Assembly: GCA_963707985.1 (NCBI GenBank)
Contig: CAVPRW010000033.1
Coordinates: forward strand, 1-64,000
DNA length: 64,000 nt
Direction: 5' to 3'
From: an uncultured Nitrospinota bacterium
GTDB lineage: Bacteria > Tectomicrobia > Entotheonellia > J063 > CAVPRW01
Shown: piece by piece, positions 10,201 through 20,518 of the stretch
Layout: each line of letters begins with the position of its first letter
Numbering within the stretch: the stretch's first letter is position 1
The notes under the pieces: generated by a model
Told to the model about the DNA's origin: nothing
Databases searched by the model: none
The model's input: the letters and a program-made list of their open reading frames with translations, nothing else
Program-made: the position numbers and the translations under genes

Positions 10201-10826
10201 AGGGATGACCTCCGCTCCGTAAACCTGGCGAGCTCTCGGGTATAATCGTCAGGCACGTCGATGTCACGGATGATATCTTCGGTTGCTACATCGATCAGGC
10301 GTACATCGTCGGCGTGCGCTTGCATGAGCCCATTCAAGCCCGCATCCTCCGGAAGGTTTGCGATAGCCTCCCGGTATCTTTGCAAATTGATGATGATCGG
10401 ATGCCCTTTTTTGTCCCCATAACGTGGGATGACAATGCCTGCGTCGCCAGCTCGATAGGCCCGCATGACCTCGCTGACCACCGCCCCCTCGATATGAGGT
10501 TGATCGCCTAAGGCGATTAATACCGCGTCATATCCGGCCCCGACGGCGCCCACCCCACATTTCACCGAGGACAACATGCCCTGCCGATACTCGGTGTTGA
10601 CGACCGCTCTCACAGGCCGATCGCCGAGCACAGCGCGCACACGGTCTGCCAGATGTCCGAGGACCACGATGACTTCCCCGACGCCTGCCGTCAGGAGCGT
10701 ATCGACCACGCGCTCCAGAATCGTGCGCTCACCAAAGGGGAGCAGTTGCTTGGGTTGCCCCATCCGCCGCGACTCGCCAGCGGCCAGCACGATCCCTGCC
10801 AGGGTTTGGTCTACCAAGGCATCCAC
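10197..10826 (-). CDS. mocA: Molybdenum cofactor cytidylyltransferase
   Basis: LAAGESRRMGQPKQLL, GMLSS, LGDQP, GHP, DID; molybdenum-hydroxylase context. Confidence 0.85.
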   Translation of the reverse strand: MDALVDQTLAGIVLAAGESRRMGQPKQLLPFGERTILERVVDTLLTAGVGEVIVVLGHLADRVRAVLGDRPVRAVVNTEYRQGMLSSVKCGVGAVGAGYDAVLIALGDQPHIEGAVVSEVMRAYRAGDAGIVIPRYGDKKGHPIIINLQRYREAIANLPEDAGLNGLMQAHADDVRLIDVATEDIIRDIDVPDDYTRELARFTERRSSL

Positions 10827-10844
10827 ATCCTTACTCTATTATCC

Positions 10845-11321
10845 TCATTTTGCCGCCATGATGCCAGCGGCAGTCTGTACCGCATCGATAATCTTGGCGT
10901 AGCCCGTGCAGCGACAGAGATTGCCGCCGAGCGCTTGCCGAATCTGCTCCTCCGTCGGGTTGGGAATGTTGTCCAGTAGGGTCTTACTGGCCATGATCAT
11001 GCCTGGTGTGCAGAAACCGCATTGGACCCCACCGCACTCGATGAACGCCTTCTGCACTGGATGCAGCTCACCGTTGACAGCCAACCCCTCGATGGTCTGC
11101 ACCTGACCGCCATCGGCCTCGACAGCGAAAATCAAGCAGGAATCGACCAAACGACCATTGAGATTGACCGAGCAGGCACCACACTCGCCTTCGCTGCAGC
11201 CCTCCTTCGTACCGGTTAACCCTAGATGTTCACGCAACAGTTGCAGCAGGGTCGTGCGTGAATCAATGAACACCTCATACGGCTCGCTGTTAACAGTAAC
11301 TGAGATGACCTGTTTCGCCAC
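10845..11321 (-). CDS. coxS: Molybdenum hydroxylase small [2Fe-2S] subunit (CoxS/CutS family)
   Basis: GTKEGCSEGECGAC, QCGFCTPG, NLCRCTGY; GTG start at 11321 after GGAGGAG. Confidence 0.92.
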   Translation of the reverse strand: MAKQVISVTVNSEPYEVFIDSRTTLLQLLREHLGLTGTKEGCSEGECGACSVNLNGRLVDSCLIFAVEADGGQVQTIEGLAVNGELHPVQKAFIECGGVQCGFCTPGMIMASKTLLDNIPNPTEEQIRQALGGNLCRCTGYAKIIDAVQTAAGIMAAK

Positions 11322-11413
11322 TGCCGCGTCTCCTCCCAGCATAAGATGAATCATCTAGCATCACCACAATTGGATAATTGCGTCAAGATATCTGGAGCAG
11401 GACATTGTTCCGC

Positions 11414-12278
11414 TCAGGCGCGGGCGCGTTCCATGGCTTGTCTCAAACCCCGCCGGGTCAGGACTCGCACCATCTCGCGGCGGTATTCCGCCGTGCTCCG
11501 GACATCGTCGATCGGTCGCGCCTCTTCGGATGCCATGCGACTGGCTTCATCGATAACCTGGTCGGTCAGCGTCTGCCCCCGTAACGCCGTCTTCGGCCCG
11601 CGTCGCCCGCAGCGGTGTTGGACCAACCGCTCCGAGCGCAATGCGCGCATTCTCGCAGGAGCCATTGCTCAGCTGCAGCATCGCTGCGCCGCACACCACC
11701 GCGATATCCATCGCCGTCCGTGTGCGGCGGAAGAACGCTGCCCCCGTATGCGGCTGGGGCGCGGGCAGGATGATCTCGGCCACCAATTCGTTGTCCTGCA
11801 GCGCCGTCCTGCCAGGTCCGACAAAAAACTCCTCGAGCGCGAGCGTCCGCTCGCCCTGGACACTGGCCATTGTCACCTGAGCCCCGTAGCTGAGCAGGGC
11901 TGGAGCCGTGTCAGCGGCTGGAGAGGCATTGCACAAATTGCCGACAAGGGTGGCTCGATTGCGCGTTTGCACAGCCCCCACCCACGATGCTGCCTCGGCC
12001 AGAGCGGGATAGAGTTGTTGGATCGTGGACGAACGGGCGACGTCATCTTGTAATGCAGTTGGCCCAATCTGGACTCCACCACCACGATTGGCAGTAATGT
12101 AGTCCAACCTCGGCACCCGCTTGAGATCGATCACATAATCAGGCAGGAAAACGCCCTTGCGCAACCGCAGGTACAGATCGGTGCCACCCGCCAGGACACG
12201 GGCCCGACCCCGATGCGTATTGAGCCACTCTAGCGCTTGTTGCATGCTTTGCGGTTCGAGATATTCAAACTCCTTCAC
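11414..12278 (-). CDS. coxM: Molybdenum hydroxylase FAD-binding subunit (CoxM/CutM family), one +1 frameshift near 11591
   Basis: LAGGTDL, QTRNRATLVGNLCNASPAAD; C-terminus PIDDVRSTAEYRR is in the next frame; repaired length 287 aa. Confidence 0.88.
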
Positions 12279-12312
12279 CTGCCGCCCTCCTTCAGTCGAA
12301 AGCGCTGAGACC

Positions 12313-12364
12313 TGAGTGCTGAGGAGAAGAATTTTGCCTTTTGCTTCTGATCATTCAGCACTCA
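12313..12364. repeat. Intergenic inverted repeat with 10-bp arms
   Basis: TGAGTGCTGA (12313-12322) and TCAGCACTCA (12355-12364) between coxE and coxM. Confidence 0.5.
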
Positions 12365-12379
12365 TCCCACATCTTTGTC

Positions 12380-13675
12380 TTATCGCCATAGGGGTTGCAA
12401 CGTTCTCGCGAGTCCAATCAGGCTTTCCAAGTTATGCACCGGCAGGAAATAGTCACAATACGGCAGCACCGCCTTAATGCCCTGACAGAGAGGTTGGTAA
12501 TGGGGGCTGCCAAGGAGGGGATTCAGCCAGATGATCTTGTACGATTTGTGCTTCAGCGTGCGCATCTCCCGTTCCAGGACCTGCACATCGCCCCGGTCCC
12601 AGCCGTCGCTCATGATGATGACCACCGACTTACGGGTCAGCATCTTATCGGCGAGATACTTGTTGAACGTTTGCAGCGAAGTGCCGATCTTCGTGCCCCC
12701 GGACCAGTCCATGACGCGCTGGGCGATGGCCTGCAAGCCCTGCTCGAGCCCCTTCCGGCGCAGCAGATCGGTGATGCGCGTTAGGCGCGTGCTAAAGACC
12801 AGCGTCTCCACGCCCTTCAGCTCCTGCGACAAGCCGTAGAGAAAATATATGAGAAAGCGGCTGTAGTAGTCCATGGAGCCGCTGACATCGCATAACAACA
12901 CCAGGCGTGTCTTACGAATCCGACGGGTCTTGTGCGACAGCTGCAACACATCGCCGCCATATTTGAGGCTCGAACGGAAGGTCCGGCGATGATCCACCAG
13001 GTGGCCGCGGCGGTGGCTCTTCTTGCGTCGGCTCAACTGGCTGGCGATCTTCGGAGCCAGTTGCGCGATGACGCGTCGAATCAGCAGCAGTTCCCGTTCG
13101 TCACACTGGGCGAAATCTTTACTGGTGAGAATCTCCTGATCGGTCCAGCCCGGCTCATAGCTCTCCGACAGGAAGTCCTGAGTATTGCCCGGCTGCCATT
13201 GCTCCTGGGTCACTTCTTCAAAGCCCGCTTCCGATTCCCCGACGTCCAGGTCCTCGTAGAGCGATTCTTCAGGTAAAGGCGCTGGCTCTTCGAGTCCGCA
13301 GAGATCAGTCGGCGCTTGGTTCTCAGGCTCCCAGAAGTTCTTGAAGGCCTCGTCGAACAGCGGCAACTCGTCACGATGCGACACCAGGTTGACTCGGGCG
13401 GCATCGTAGACATCCTCGCGCCGGGTGATATCCAGGTAGTCCAGGCTACGGCAGACATCGAGCATACGGCTGGGGGTGACCTGAAATCCGAGGGTCTTGA
13501 GGTACCTGCCGAAGAGCAGCACGCGGTTGACCAGTTCCTCGGCCTGGGGCGTACCGTCGAAGTCATTGATGGCAACCGGTTGAACGGCCATCTCGGGCGT
13601 GGCCATGCGCAGTCTCCTAGAATTCCAGTAGGACGCGGTCCATGTCATCGCGTTTAAACTTTTCAACATCCTCAT
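12380..13675 (-). CDS. coxE: CoxE-family VWA protein (true start probably internal MATPEM)
   Basis: LCDVSGSM MIDAS, FSTRL, WSGGTKIG, SDGWD, WLNPL. Confidence 0.9.
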   Translation of the reverse strand: MRMLKSLNAMTWTASYWNSRRLRMATPEMAVQPVAINDFDGTPQAEELVNRVLLFGRYLKTLGFQVTPSRMLDVCRSLDYLDITRREDVYDAARVNLVSHRDELPLFDEAFKNFWEPENQAPTDLCGLEEPAPLPEESLYEDLDVGESEAGFEEVTQEQWQPGNTQDFLSESYEPGWTDQEILTSKDFAQCDERELLLIRRVIAQLAPKIASQLSRRKKSHRRGHLVDHRRTFRSSLKYGGDVLQLSHKTRRIRKTRLVLLCDVSGSMDYYSRFLIYFLYGLSQELKGVETLVFSTRLTRITDLLRRKGLEQGLQAIAQRVMDWSGGTKIGTSLQTFNKYLADKMLTRKSVVIIMSDGWDRGDVQVLEREMRTLKHKSYKIIWLNPLLGSPHYQPLCQGIKAVLPYCDYFLPVHNLESLIGLARTLQPLWR

Positions 13676-14495
13676 GATACTTCAATATACAGCCCACCGT
13701 GTCCCGAATCGTCTCAGGCACCAGTCCGGCTTGATTCAGATGCAGCAACGCCTGCGCCCAGTCGAGGGTTTCCGCGATGCCTGGGCGTTTGTAAAAACTG
13801 ATCTGTCGCAGCTTTTGCATGAATCGGCAGATCTGTTCGGCGAGCGCCTGCTGGATGCCGGGGATCTTCGTGCGTACGATTTGATATTCTTTCTCGAACG
13901 TTGGGTAATCGAGCCAGAGATACAGGCAGCGACGTTTCAGCGCGTCGTGGATCTCACGGGTGCGGTTCGAGGTTAGAATCACGAAGGGGCGCCGTTCGGC
14001 CTTGATGGTACCGATTTCCGGAATGGTGATCTGAAAATCCGAGAGCACCTCCAGCAGGAACGCTTCGAACTCTTCGTCGCTGCGATCCACCTCATCGATG
14101 AGGAGCACAGGAGGTGCGGCGCCATCGCTCATGATGGCATCCAAGAGGGGCCGCTTGAGCAAAAACTCCTCCCCGAAGATGATATGCTCCAATTCGTCGC
14201 GCGACCGCCCGCCCCCCTCCTCCAGCTTGATTTTCAGCATCTGCTTCGAGTAGTTCCACTCATAGAGGGAGGTGTTGGCATCGAGGCCCTCATAACATTG
14301 CAAGCGAATAAGCCGCGACTGGAGGATACGCGCTAGGACCTTGGCGACTTCGGTCTTGCCGACGCCGGCTTCGCCTTCGAGAAAAATCGGCTTCTCCAGC
14401 TTGATCGCCAGAAACAGCGTGGTGGCCAGGGCTCGGTCAGCGATGTAGGATTGCGCTTCCATCAGCCGCTGGACTTCTTCAATCGAGGTGAACAT
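13617..14495 (-). CDS. coxD: CoxD-like MoxR AAA+ ATPase
   Basis: LEGEAGVGKT, RLQCYEGLD, LIDEVD, TSNRTRE, DALKRRC. Confidence 0.9.
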   Translation of the reverse strand: MFTSIEEVQRLMEAQSYIADRALATTLFLAIKLEKPIFLEGEAGVGKTEVAKVLARILQSRLIRLQCYEGLDANTSLYEWNYSKQMLKIKLEEGGGRSRDELEHIIFGEEFLLKRPLLDAIMSDGAAPPVLLIDEVDRSDEEFEAFLLEVLSDFQITIPEIGTIKAERRPFVILTSNRTREIHDALKRRCLYLWLDYPTFEKEYQIVRTKIPGIQQALAEQICRFMQKLRQISFYKRPGIAETLDWAQALLHLNQAGLVPETIRDTVGCILKYHEDVEKFKRDDMDRVLLEF

Positions 14496-14566
14496 GCACT
14501 TCCCCTTGTCTCACGATCGTGAGTCATATGATATGGCGCTGCACGTGTGCCCTGCCGCACTGCTGT

Positions 14567-14595
14567 AGGATATAGAAAGGCCGCTTCGGTGTCAA
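14567..14595 (-). promoter_or_regulatory. Sigma-70 promoter for the cox-like cluster
   Basis: TTGACA-17 nt-TATCCT on the minus strand. Confidence 0.65.
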
Positions 14596-14665
14596 CCGCC
14601 TCAGTCTGGTGACGTGTGGGTTGGGCTTAGCGATCGCAAATCGACAGCAATCAAGCTGCCTCTCT

Positions 14666-16741
14666 CTATTCCAGCCCCATCGCCCTGAATGCCGCGTTGG
14701 TGGGGTCGCTGTAGAAGACGATCTGCAGCTTGTCGATGATGTCGGCCGGCAGGTCGGCGAAATCGCGCTTATTCTCGGTTGGGATCATCACCTTTTTGGC
14801 GCCGGCGTCCATGGCGGTCTTCAGCTTATCTGCCAGCGAGTCGACGCGCATGAGGACGCCGTGGATGCTCAGGTCACCTAGAATGACCAGCTGTGGCACG
14901 AGCGGCCGCGCCAGCACGGATGAGAGCAGGGCAATAAACAAGGCCATACCCGTGCCCGATCCCTCCTTGGCCTGCATGAGGCTTTGAATCTGGACGTGGA
15001 GGTCGAAGTCCTTCAAGTCACGGTCGGAACCCAGGCGGTGCAAGTTCGCTCTGAGGTAATCGTAAGCCGTCTGGAGGGCGTCGCGCATGGGCTTCGAGGG
15101 ATTGCCGGTGACGCGCAGGTGTCCACCGCCCTTGGTCGCCTGGACCTGCATGCGGAACAGGCCAAAGCGCCCTTCACCCTTGTCGAAGCCTACCGTGAAC
15201 ACGTCACCTGGTTCGAGCTGTCCCTCGGGGATGAGCTGTATCACACCCAGCTCGGGACAGGGGATGAAGGTCTCCTGACCGCTTTCCAGGTCGATATAGG
15301 ACAGATTGACCTTGGCATACTCGATGCCACCCATGCGCTTCAGCTGCTCTTTGACCCGTCGACGCATCTCGATGGCAAAGCTCAGGTACTGCTCAAGTTC
15401 AGCCTTTTCGCACTGACCATCCGGATGGAACAACTTGAGCAGCCCCGAGACGGTCTTAACGATGGCCTTGCGGTCCCGCTCCTCGACATGGTTCCCCAGA
15501 CGGAAATGGCGCTCGTACGCATCGGTGTAGTTGCGCTTCCGTAGCTCACGGAAGATTTCGGCCAGATAGTCCACGATGAATCCCAGGTGGTTGGTGAAGT
15601 AGTCGGGCTGCATCTTGGGCAGTTCCCAGCCGGGGATGTAGGCGTGCCAACGGTCATGGAACGCCATATCATAGCGGATGGACTCAGGGAACGACGTGAA
15701 GAGGTGGGAGGTGCGCGCCCGTGTCTCCACGTCACCATCGATGTTGCCATTAAAGACGAAACTCGCATAGGCCGGGATCGTGCCTTTCCCGGAGCCCCGC
15801 GAGAAGGAGCCCATCTCCATGTAGTCCTTATAGATTTGCTTCTCCTCAGGGCGCCGAAACTGCGACCCCGCCACCTCATCGAACGCGACGACGTCCCAGA
15901 CGCCCACCAGGCCGATGCGATATGGCGGACTGTTCTCGATGAACAGTTTCGGCACCGTCACCTGCCCGCCGCTGACCAGAATGACGTACGGGCTGATCTC
16001 CCGAAAGACAAACGACTTGCCAGTGCCGCGAGGACCCAATTCCACGAGGTTATAGTTGTGCTCGACCATCGGCACCAGCCGCAGCAGGTACAGGAGCTTG
16101 CGACGAAGGGTGAAATCGCCATGCGTCGGTTCGTACCCGATGCTCCGGATCAGCACGTCGATCCATTCATCGCGGGTAAATTGGCGGCGGCCGTCAATGT
16201 ACTCGTCCAGGTCTGCCGAGGCGATCTGGATGGGTTGGAGCTGCTCGATCGTGAATGGGCGGGTGACGCCACGATGCTGGAGGGAATCGTCGTAACGGAC
16301 CTCAACGTTCGCCCATACACCGCCCACCAGGAGCTTCTCATACTGTTGGACCAGGTGCGGTGCGATGTGCACGTACGTCAGACCACTATTGGCCAGGGCC
16401 GCCCAGTATTTGTCTTCCGTCTCGCGGTAGGTCACGGTCACCTTATCGATCAGACGCATCGACCCGCGCTCACGCGTCCGCGACTTGATCAGCTCGCCTT
16501 CGTCGGCCCGGACAAAGCGCTCGGCGATGATGGATTTGACGTGCTCCAGGCCCTCCTCGACAATGGACGGGTCGGTCGACGAGCAGTAGCGGCCGAGCAG
16601 ATATTCGAGCACGTAGACCGGGACATTGAAACCGACCTTGGTCTTCTTGACGAGATCCTTGCGGACGATGCGCCCGCCGAAGGCCTCGGCCAGCTTCGCA
16701 TCCAGTGCGTCCACCATGCTGTCGACAGCCGGTACGGTCAT
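14666..16741 (-). CDS. brxL: BREX Lon-like AAA+ protein BrxL
   Basis: IVRKDL, NVPVYVLEYLLG, ELGPRGTGKS, FDEVA, Lon-like C-terminal domain; last gene of the locus; ATG at 16741. Confidence 0.95.
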   Translation of the reverse strand: MTVPAVDSMVDALDAKLAEAFGGRIVRKDLVKKTKVGFNVPVYVLEYLLGRYCSSTDPSIVEEGLEHVKSIIAERFVRADEGELIKSRTRERGSMRLIDKVTVTYRETEDKYWAALANSGLTYVHIAPHLVQQYEKLLVGGVWANVEVRYDDSLQHRGVTRPFTIEQLQPIQIASADLDEYIDGRRQFTRDEWIDVLIRSIGYEPTHGDFTLRRKLLYLLRLVPMVEHNYNLVELGPRGTGKSFVFREISPYVILVSGGQVTVPKLFIENSPPYRIGLVGVWDVVAFDEVAGSQFRRPEEKQIYKDYMEMGSFSRGSGKGTIPAYASFVFNGNIDGDVETRARTSHLFTSFPESIRYDMAFHDRWHAYIPGWELPKMQPDYFTNHLGFIVDYLAEIFRELRKRNYTDAYERHFRLGNHVEERDRKAIVKTVSGLLKLFHPDGQCEKAELEQYLSFAIEMRRRVKEQLKRMGGIEYAKVNLSYIDLESGQETFIPCPELGVIQLIPEGQLEPGDVFTVGFDKGEGRFGLFRMQVQATKGGGHLRVTGNPSKPMRDALQTAYDYLRANLHRLGSDRDLKDFDLHVQIQSLMQAKEGSGTGMALFIALLSSVLARPLVPQLVILGDLSIHGVLMRVDSLADKLKTAMDAGAKKVMIPTENKRDFADLPADIIDKLQIVFYSDPTNAAFRAMGLE

Positions 16742-16769
16742 CACTTCCCCCTCGCGTTCGCCGTCTGCA

Positions 16770-19235
16770 TCACCCCTCAGGCTCGACGTGCAACGTGGCG
16801 TCAGCCTGATCGAGTTGCACTCCCGGTGCATCCGCGTCGACGACGACGACCCGGATGGCATCACCATAGTGGAAGCGGGCGGTGTCGCTGATCCGCAGGC
16901 GAACCCGTTGCCGCATCTGTGCCTCGGAAACGAAGTAGTGTGGGCCAGCGGCGGTCGCCAACGGTGAACCAGCCACCTGCCCATCATGAACCAGGTACAC
17001 ACGCACTTCGACGTAGCGTGCCGAGACTTGTCCGCCCAGAGAATATTGCCCACTGGGCGGGATGGCTTCTAGCTCGACATCGAATAGCAGCGAAGTCACG
17101 CGGCTCGGCGCGTGCAGGCGCACGTCGAACTTCACCGTCCGACGTGGGAATATGGCGCGGAGGTGGGGGACGACGATCTCCTGGAGCGAAGCACCCCCAT
17201 GGAAGAACTGATACCGACCACGGGCCTCAAGGATGCCTGTGGCCCGAGGCACACCCACGGTCAGGTCACTGCCCATGAGCGGGAACGTCAGCAGGCTGGG
17301 CGAGGCGAGGTCGCGGCCGACGACCGCGCGATGACTCTTGTAACGCAGGTCCGTCGCCGTCACACGAATGAGGTCATGGTCGGCGACGTCGTCGAGCAGA
17401 AAGAAACCATGGTCGGTGACCACGTGAATCTCGCTCGACACCCGCGCTTGCCAGCTTGCGCACGGCCCTGGCACACTGCTCGACATAATCCTCAGCCGCC
17501 CGTGGAGTCAGACTGAGGACGCCACCGTGGCCCGCTTCGTCCAGGGTAGTGGAATAGACGAACAGCCAAGTAGCCCGCGGCACCTGCCGCACCGGCAAGT
17601 CCAGCAGTCTCCCGAGTTCGATGGAGTCATACCCAGCAACCATTGACGCCAGCAAGCGCTCGCGTCCTTCCTTCGTGGCCAGGTCCGGAGCACTGACATC
17701 AGCGCCGCAAGGCCGGATTGCCCAGGTTCCGTCGCTGACGTCCGCTTCGATCCCGTCAAGCGGGAGCAGACTGGCCATGCCGAGGGGGGTGATGGACGGC
17801 AGTGAGGCCCGAAGTGGCCGCAGTTCCACCGACACGTGCCCACCGGCGCTACGAAGCTTGTGCTCCAGCTCTCGTGCGAGGTCGAAGCGGAACGCGTCCA
17901 GCACCAAGACCGCCCGCCGCCCGCCATCGTGCGCTGGCCAGAACGAGCGCTGCGGTGGGAGGCCGGTCGCGTCGAGCCCCTGGGCAGATTCGAGCGCGAC
18001 GGCAAAGCGCTTGTTGGTCTCCTCCAGATAGCGACGGTGGAGCTTTCGCACCGTGTCCGCCACCTCCTCCAGGCTCAGGTGTTCCTCAAAGCCAGCACGG
18101 TATCGACGATACGCCTGATCGACCTGCCACCAGCGGTCCACGTACGCTTGCACGATTTCTGGCGCCGTCCGCAGATCGGAGAGCTCCGCCAGCGCTGCCC
18201 GAGCACCTGCCGATACCGTCCCTGCCAGAGCCAGCGCTTCCCATTCGGGAACTTCGCCTTCGACGGCCCAAAAATGCGAGGCATGGCGTTGGAAGACCGG
18301 CAAGAGAGCGGCGAGCGACGACGCTCGTGCGTCCAATGACGACTGGGTCCGGAAAGTCAGAGAGGACCCGCTGCACGAGCGCGCGTTCGACGTATAAACT
18401 GGACTGGAGGTCTGGGATCGGCTCGATGGTGATCGCCCACGACGCGAGTGAGAGATCCTCCTCAGCCTCACGGATCAACCTCCCAGCGGTCTGGGCTTGC
18501 GTGCGGGCTTCGAGCCAGCGTGAGAGGAAACGAAGACAGCGTTCGCGTACGCTCGGGGCTGGCAGCCGATCCTGGTAAGGGAACCCCTCCCTACCGCCAC
18601 GCTCGGCCGCTTCGCTCAGCATCAGATTTTGCACCACACGCTGGGCCACATCCGACGGGGTCAGGTTGGGATCGGGGCTCACGCCGAAGGCTTCCGCAAG
18701 GTAGTCACGGAAGACCGCCAGCGCGCCGTCGTGCTTGAATTGGTCGACCACACTCTCGGGATCGCCCAGGAAGACCACGACTTGCTCGTCGTCGAACAGC
18801 CGTGCACGCACACCACTCGCGGTGAGATGACGCCAGTAGTCCATCGGCCTATCGGACCAGCGGGCGGCCAGACTAGGCAAGAGAGGCAAGAGTGCCCTTT
18901 CTTCGTCGCGGTCGATGCCAACGCCCCAGCGACGCAGGGCATGCAGCAGGCCTTCGTCCCACACGGGAAGGGTATACTCGTATTCCTTAAGGGCGGACAG
19001 TGCCTGGCGCGTCGAGCGGCAGGTACACGATGCGGGACGTGTGGACGGGCTCAACCTCGATCTTCATACGCAGCTCAAGCTGGCTGCCAGCATACTTGAC
19101 CAACTCGATTTCGGTCGCGAGCTGGTCGAGCAACCGTTCCCACTCGTGCTGTGGATCGAGCCAGAGTAACGTCCTGCTGCTGCTCCGTCGCAGCGCTTCC
19201 TGGACTTCTGCCCGCAGCGCGCCAAGGATCTTCAT
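16770..19235 (-). CDS. pglZ: BREX PglZ alkaline-phosphatase-superfamily protein, split by three +1 frameshifts (about 19013, 18349, 17436)
   Basis: Four successive frames give LLWLDP, VLDAFRF, LPSITPLGMASLLP, VTDHGF, FFHGGASLQE; repaired length 820 aa. Confidence 0.9.
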
Positions 19236-19252
19236 GGTCGAACCTCCGCGGG
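19214..19252. repeat. 39-bp direct repeat, copy spanning HEPN relic stop and true pglZ start
   Basis: GCAGCGCGCCAAGGATCtTCATGGtCGAACCTCCGCGGG, 37/39 identical to 21158-21196. Confidence 0.95.
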
Positions 19253-19300
19253 TAGCCGGCTGTCGTAAGTCCGTCGAAACGGGGCGTCATGCCGTGTGCA
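19232..19300 (-). pseudogene. Internally deleted HEPN relic
   Basis: HDAPFRRTYD joined directly to SRLPAEVRP*; both pieces match neighbouring HEPNs (HGRPFRRTHD; SRLPAEVRP*). Confidence 0.85.
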
Positions 19301-19362
19301 GGTCGGCTCCTGAGGGATGGTCAAAAATCGCTCCTGTGGCGGGCGGAAAACCACAGGGTGCC

Positions 19363-19821
19363 TCACGACACAGCCTCCAGAGGCAGGACCGTGATCAGAT
19401 GCGCGAAGCGGGCGAAGTCGCCAGTGTTGGCTGTCAGCAATCGGCTGATCCCGTGGACGCACATGGTGGCCACAATGTTGGCATCATGCACCTGCTTGCC
19501 GCCGACGGGGATCTGCTCCATCAGCACTAGCAGCTGTGCAGTGACTAGGGGCCCATCCTCTGCTACGAGGAAATGGGACTCGAAGTACCGCACTCGCTCG
19601 ACAAGTGTGGTCACCGGCCTGGGGCTGGTGAAGGCTTGCGGCCGGCTGAGCGTGGCCAGGTATTCACGCAAGACCTGTCGGCTGATCCACAGTTTCACGC
19701 CCGCCCGGTAATACGCTCTGATCGTTTCGAGAGCTATGTCATGGAGCGGGGCACTGGCCACGTTGCCGTATACCAGCACGTTGGTGTCCAGGAACAGAGT
19801 ATCAACGTCCCCAGTCGCCAT
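19363..19821 (-). CDS. vapC: VapC-family PIN toxin
   Basis: FLDTNVLVY, QVLREY, QVHDANIVATM, LLTANTGDF. Confidence 0.9.
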   Translation of the reverse strand: MATGDVDTLFLDTNVLVYGNVASAPLHDIALETIRAYYRAGVKLWISRQVLREYLATLSRPQAFTSPRPVTTLVERVRYFESHFLVAEDGPLVTAQLLVLMEQIPVGGKQVHDANIVATMCVHGISRLLTANTGDFARFAHLITVLPLEAVS

Positions 19822-20032
19822 ACATGTCCTCGCGTCGCAGGGAAAGACCTTCTGGCCAGGGTCCCCAGTCGTCGACTGGGAAGTCAACGGGGTAAGCCTC
19901 TCCCTCTCCTGCCGGTTCCTCTTCAATGACCAACACCACCCGGTGATCACCGGGCCGGATGTCGGGCGGCACCCGCACAGTGATGGTCCCTTCCGCTGAT
20001 ACCGTCGCTGTGGTCTCGATAGTCTTCATCAT
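19802..20032 (-). CDS. Putative VapB-type antitoxin
   Basis: 76 aa, overlaps vapC start, acidic C-terminus ending SLRREDMYGD. Confidence 0.75.
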   Translation of the reverse strand: MMKTIETTATVSAEGTITVRVPPDIRPGDHRVVLVIEEEPAGEGEAYPVDFPVDDWGPWPEGLSLRREDMYGDWGR

Positions 20033-20457
20033 GCTTCTCCCATACCGGTCTCATGAGCTCCCACAGCGGGCCTCGTCCCCGGCGGGCGGGAACCATGAGC
20101 AGCGGCCCGCAGCAACCTCCCCTCGCGCACGACGGTCGCCGGAAACGACGCCGGTAGGTGGAGTCGTGCATCGAAGGTGGCCCGATCCCACACGACCACA
20201 TCCACAGCGGCGTGGATGCCCCCTAGGGCTCTGAACCCACGCTGCGAGAGTCGGTACAGGGGCTCAGTTGGATGCTCAACAAGGACGAGGATATCATAGT
20301 CGCTGTCCGGTCCCGCGTCCCCGCGTGCCATCGAGCCGAAGAGGTAGATCCGCGCTGGGTGGCAAGTTTTGACAAGCCGCCGGACGATCTCGGCGAGGAG
20401 AGGTTCGCGTGCAAGCAAGTCCGTGTCTAGCGACCGGCCTCGGTCTATGGTCGTCAT
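20029..20457 (-). CDS. Minimal nucleotidyltransferase (MNT-4) without an intact HEPN partner
   Basis: YLFGSMARGDAGPDSDYD (GS-x10-DxD), ATVVREGRLL, aberrant C-terminal tail. Confidence 0.88.
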   Translation of the reverse strand: MTTIDRGRSLDTDLLAREPLLAEIVRRLVKTCHPARIYLFGSMARGDAGPDSDYDILVLVEHPTEPLYRLSQRGFRALGGIHAAVDVVVWDRATFDARLHLPASFPATVVREGRLLRAAAHGSRPPGTRPAVGAHETGMGEA

Positions 20458-20518
20458 GTTCTGCTGTTTTTGGGTTGCCACAGATCGTTTTCCTTTACAC
20501 GCCAGGAAATGGCCCAGC

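Noticed and set aside
12313..12364. CIRCE element
   Set aside because: Arms resemble CIRCE halves but are in reverse order, 32 nt apart and far from heat-shock genes
10845..14495. Aerobic CO dehydrogenase assignment
   Set aside because: The diagnostic large subunit is absent, so the substrate cannot be inferred
15587..16891. 434-aa plus-strand ORF
   Set aside because: Antisense shadow of brxL; no motifs of its own
16742..17053. N-terminal extension of the 795-aa BrxL ORF
   Set aside because: Overlaps the pglZ 3' end; ATG 16741 has an RBS and starts where BrxL similarity begins
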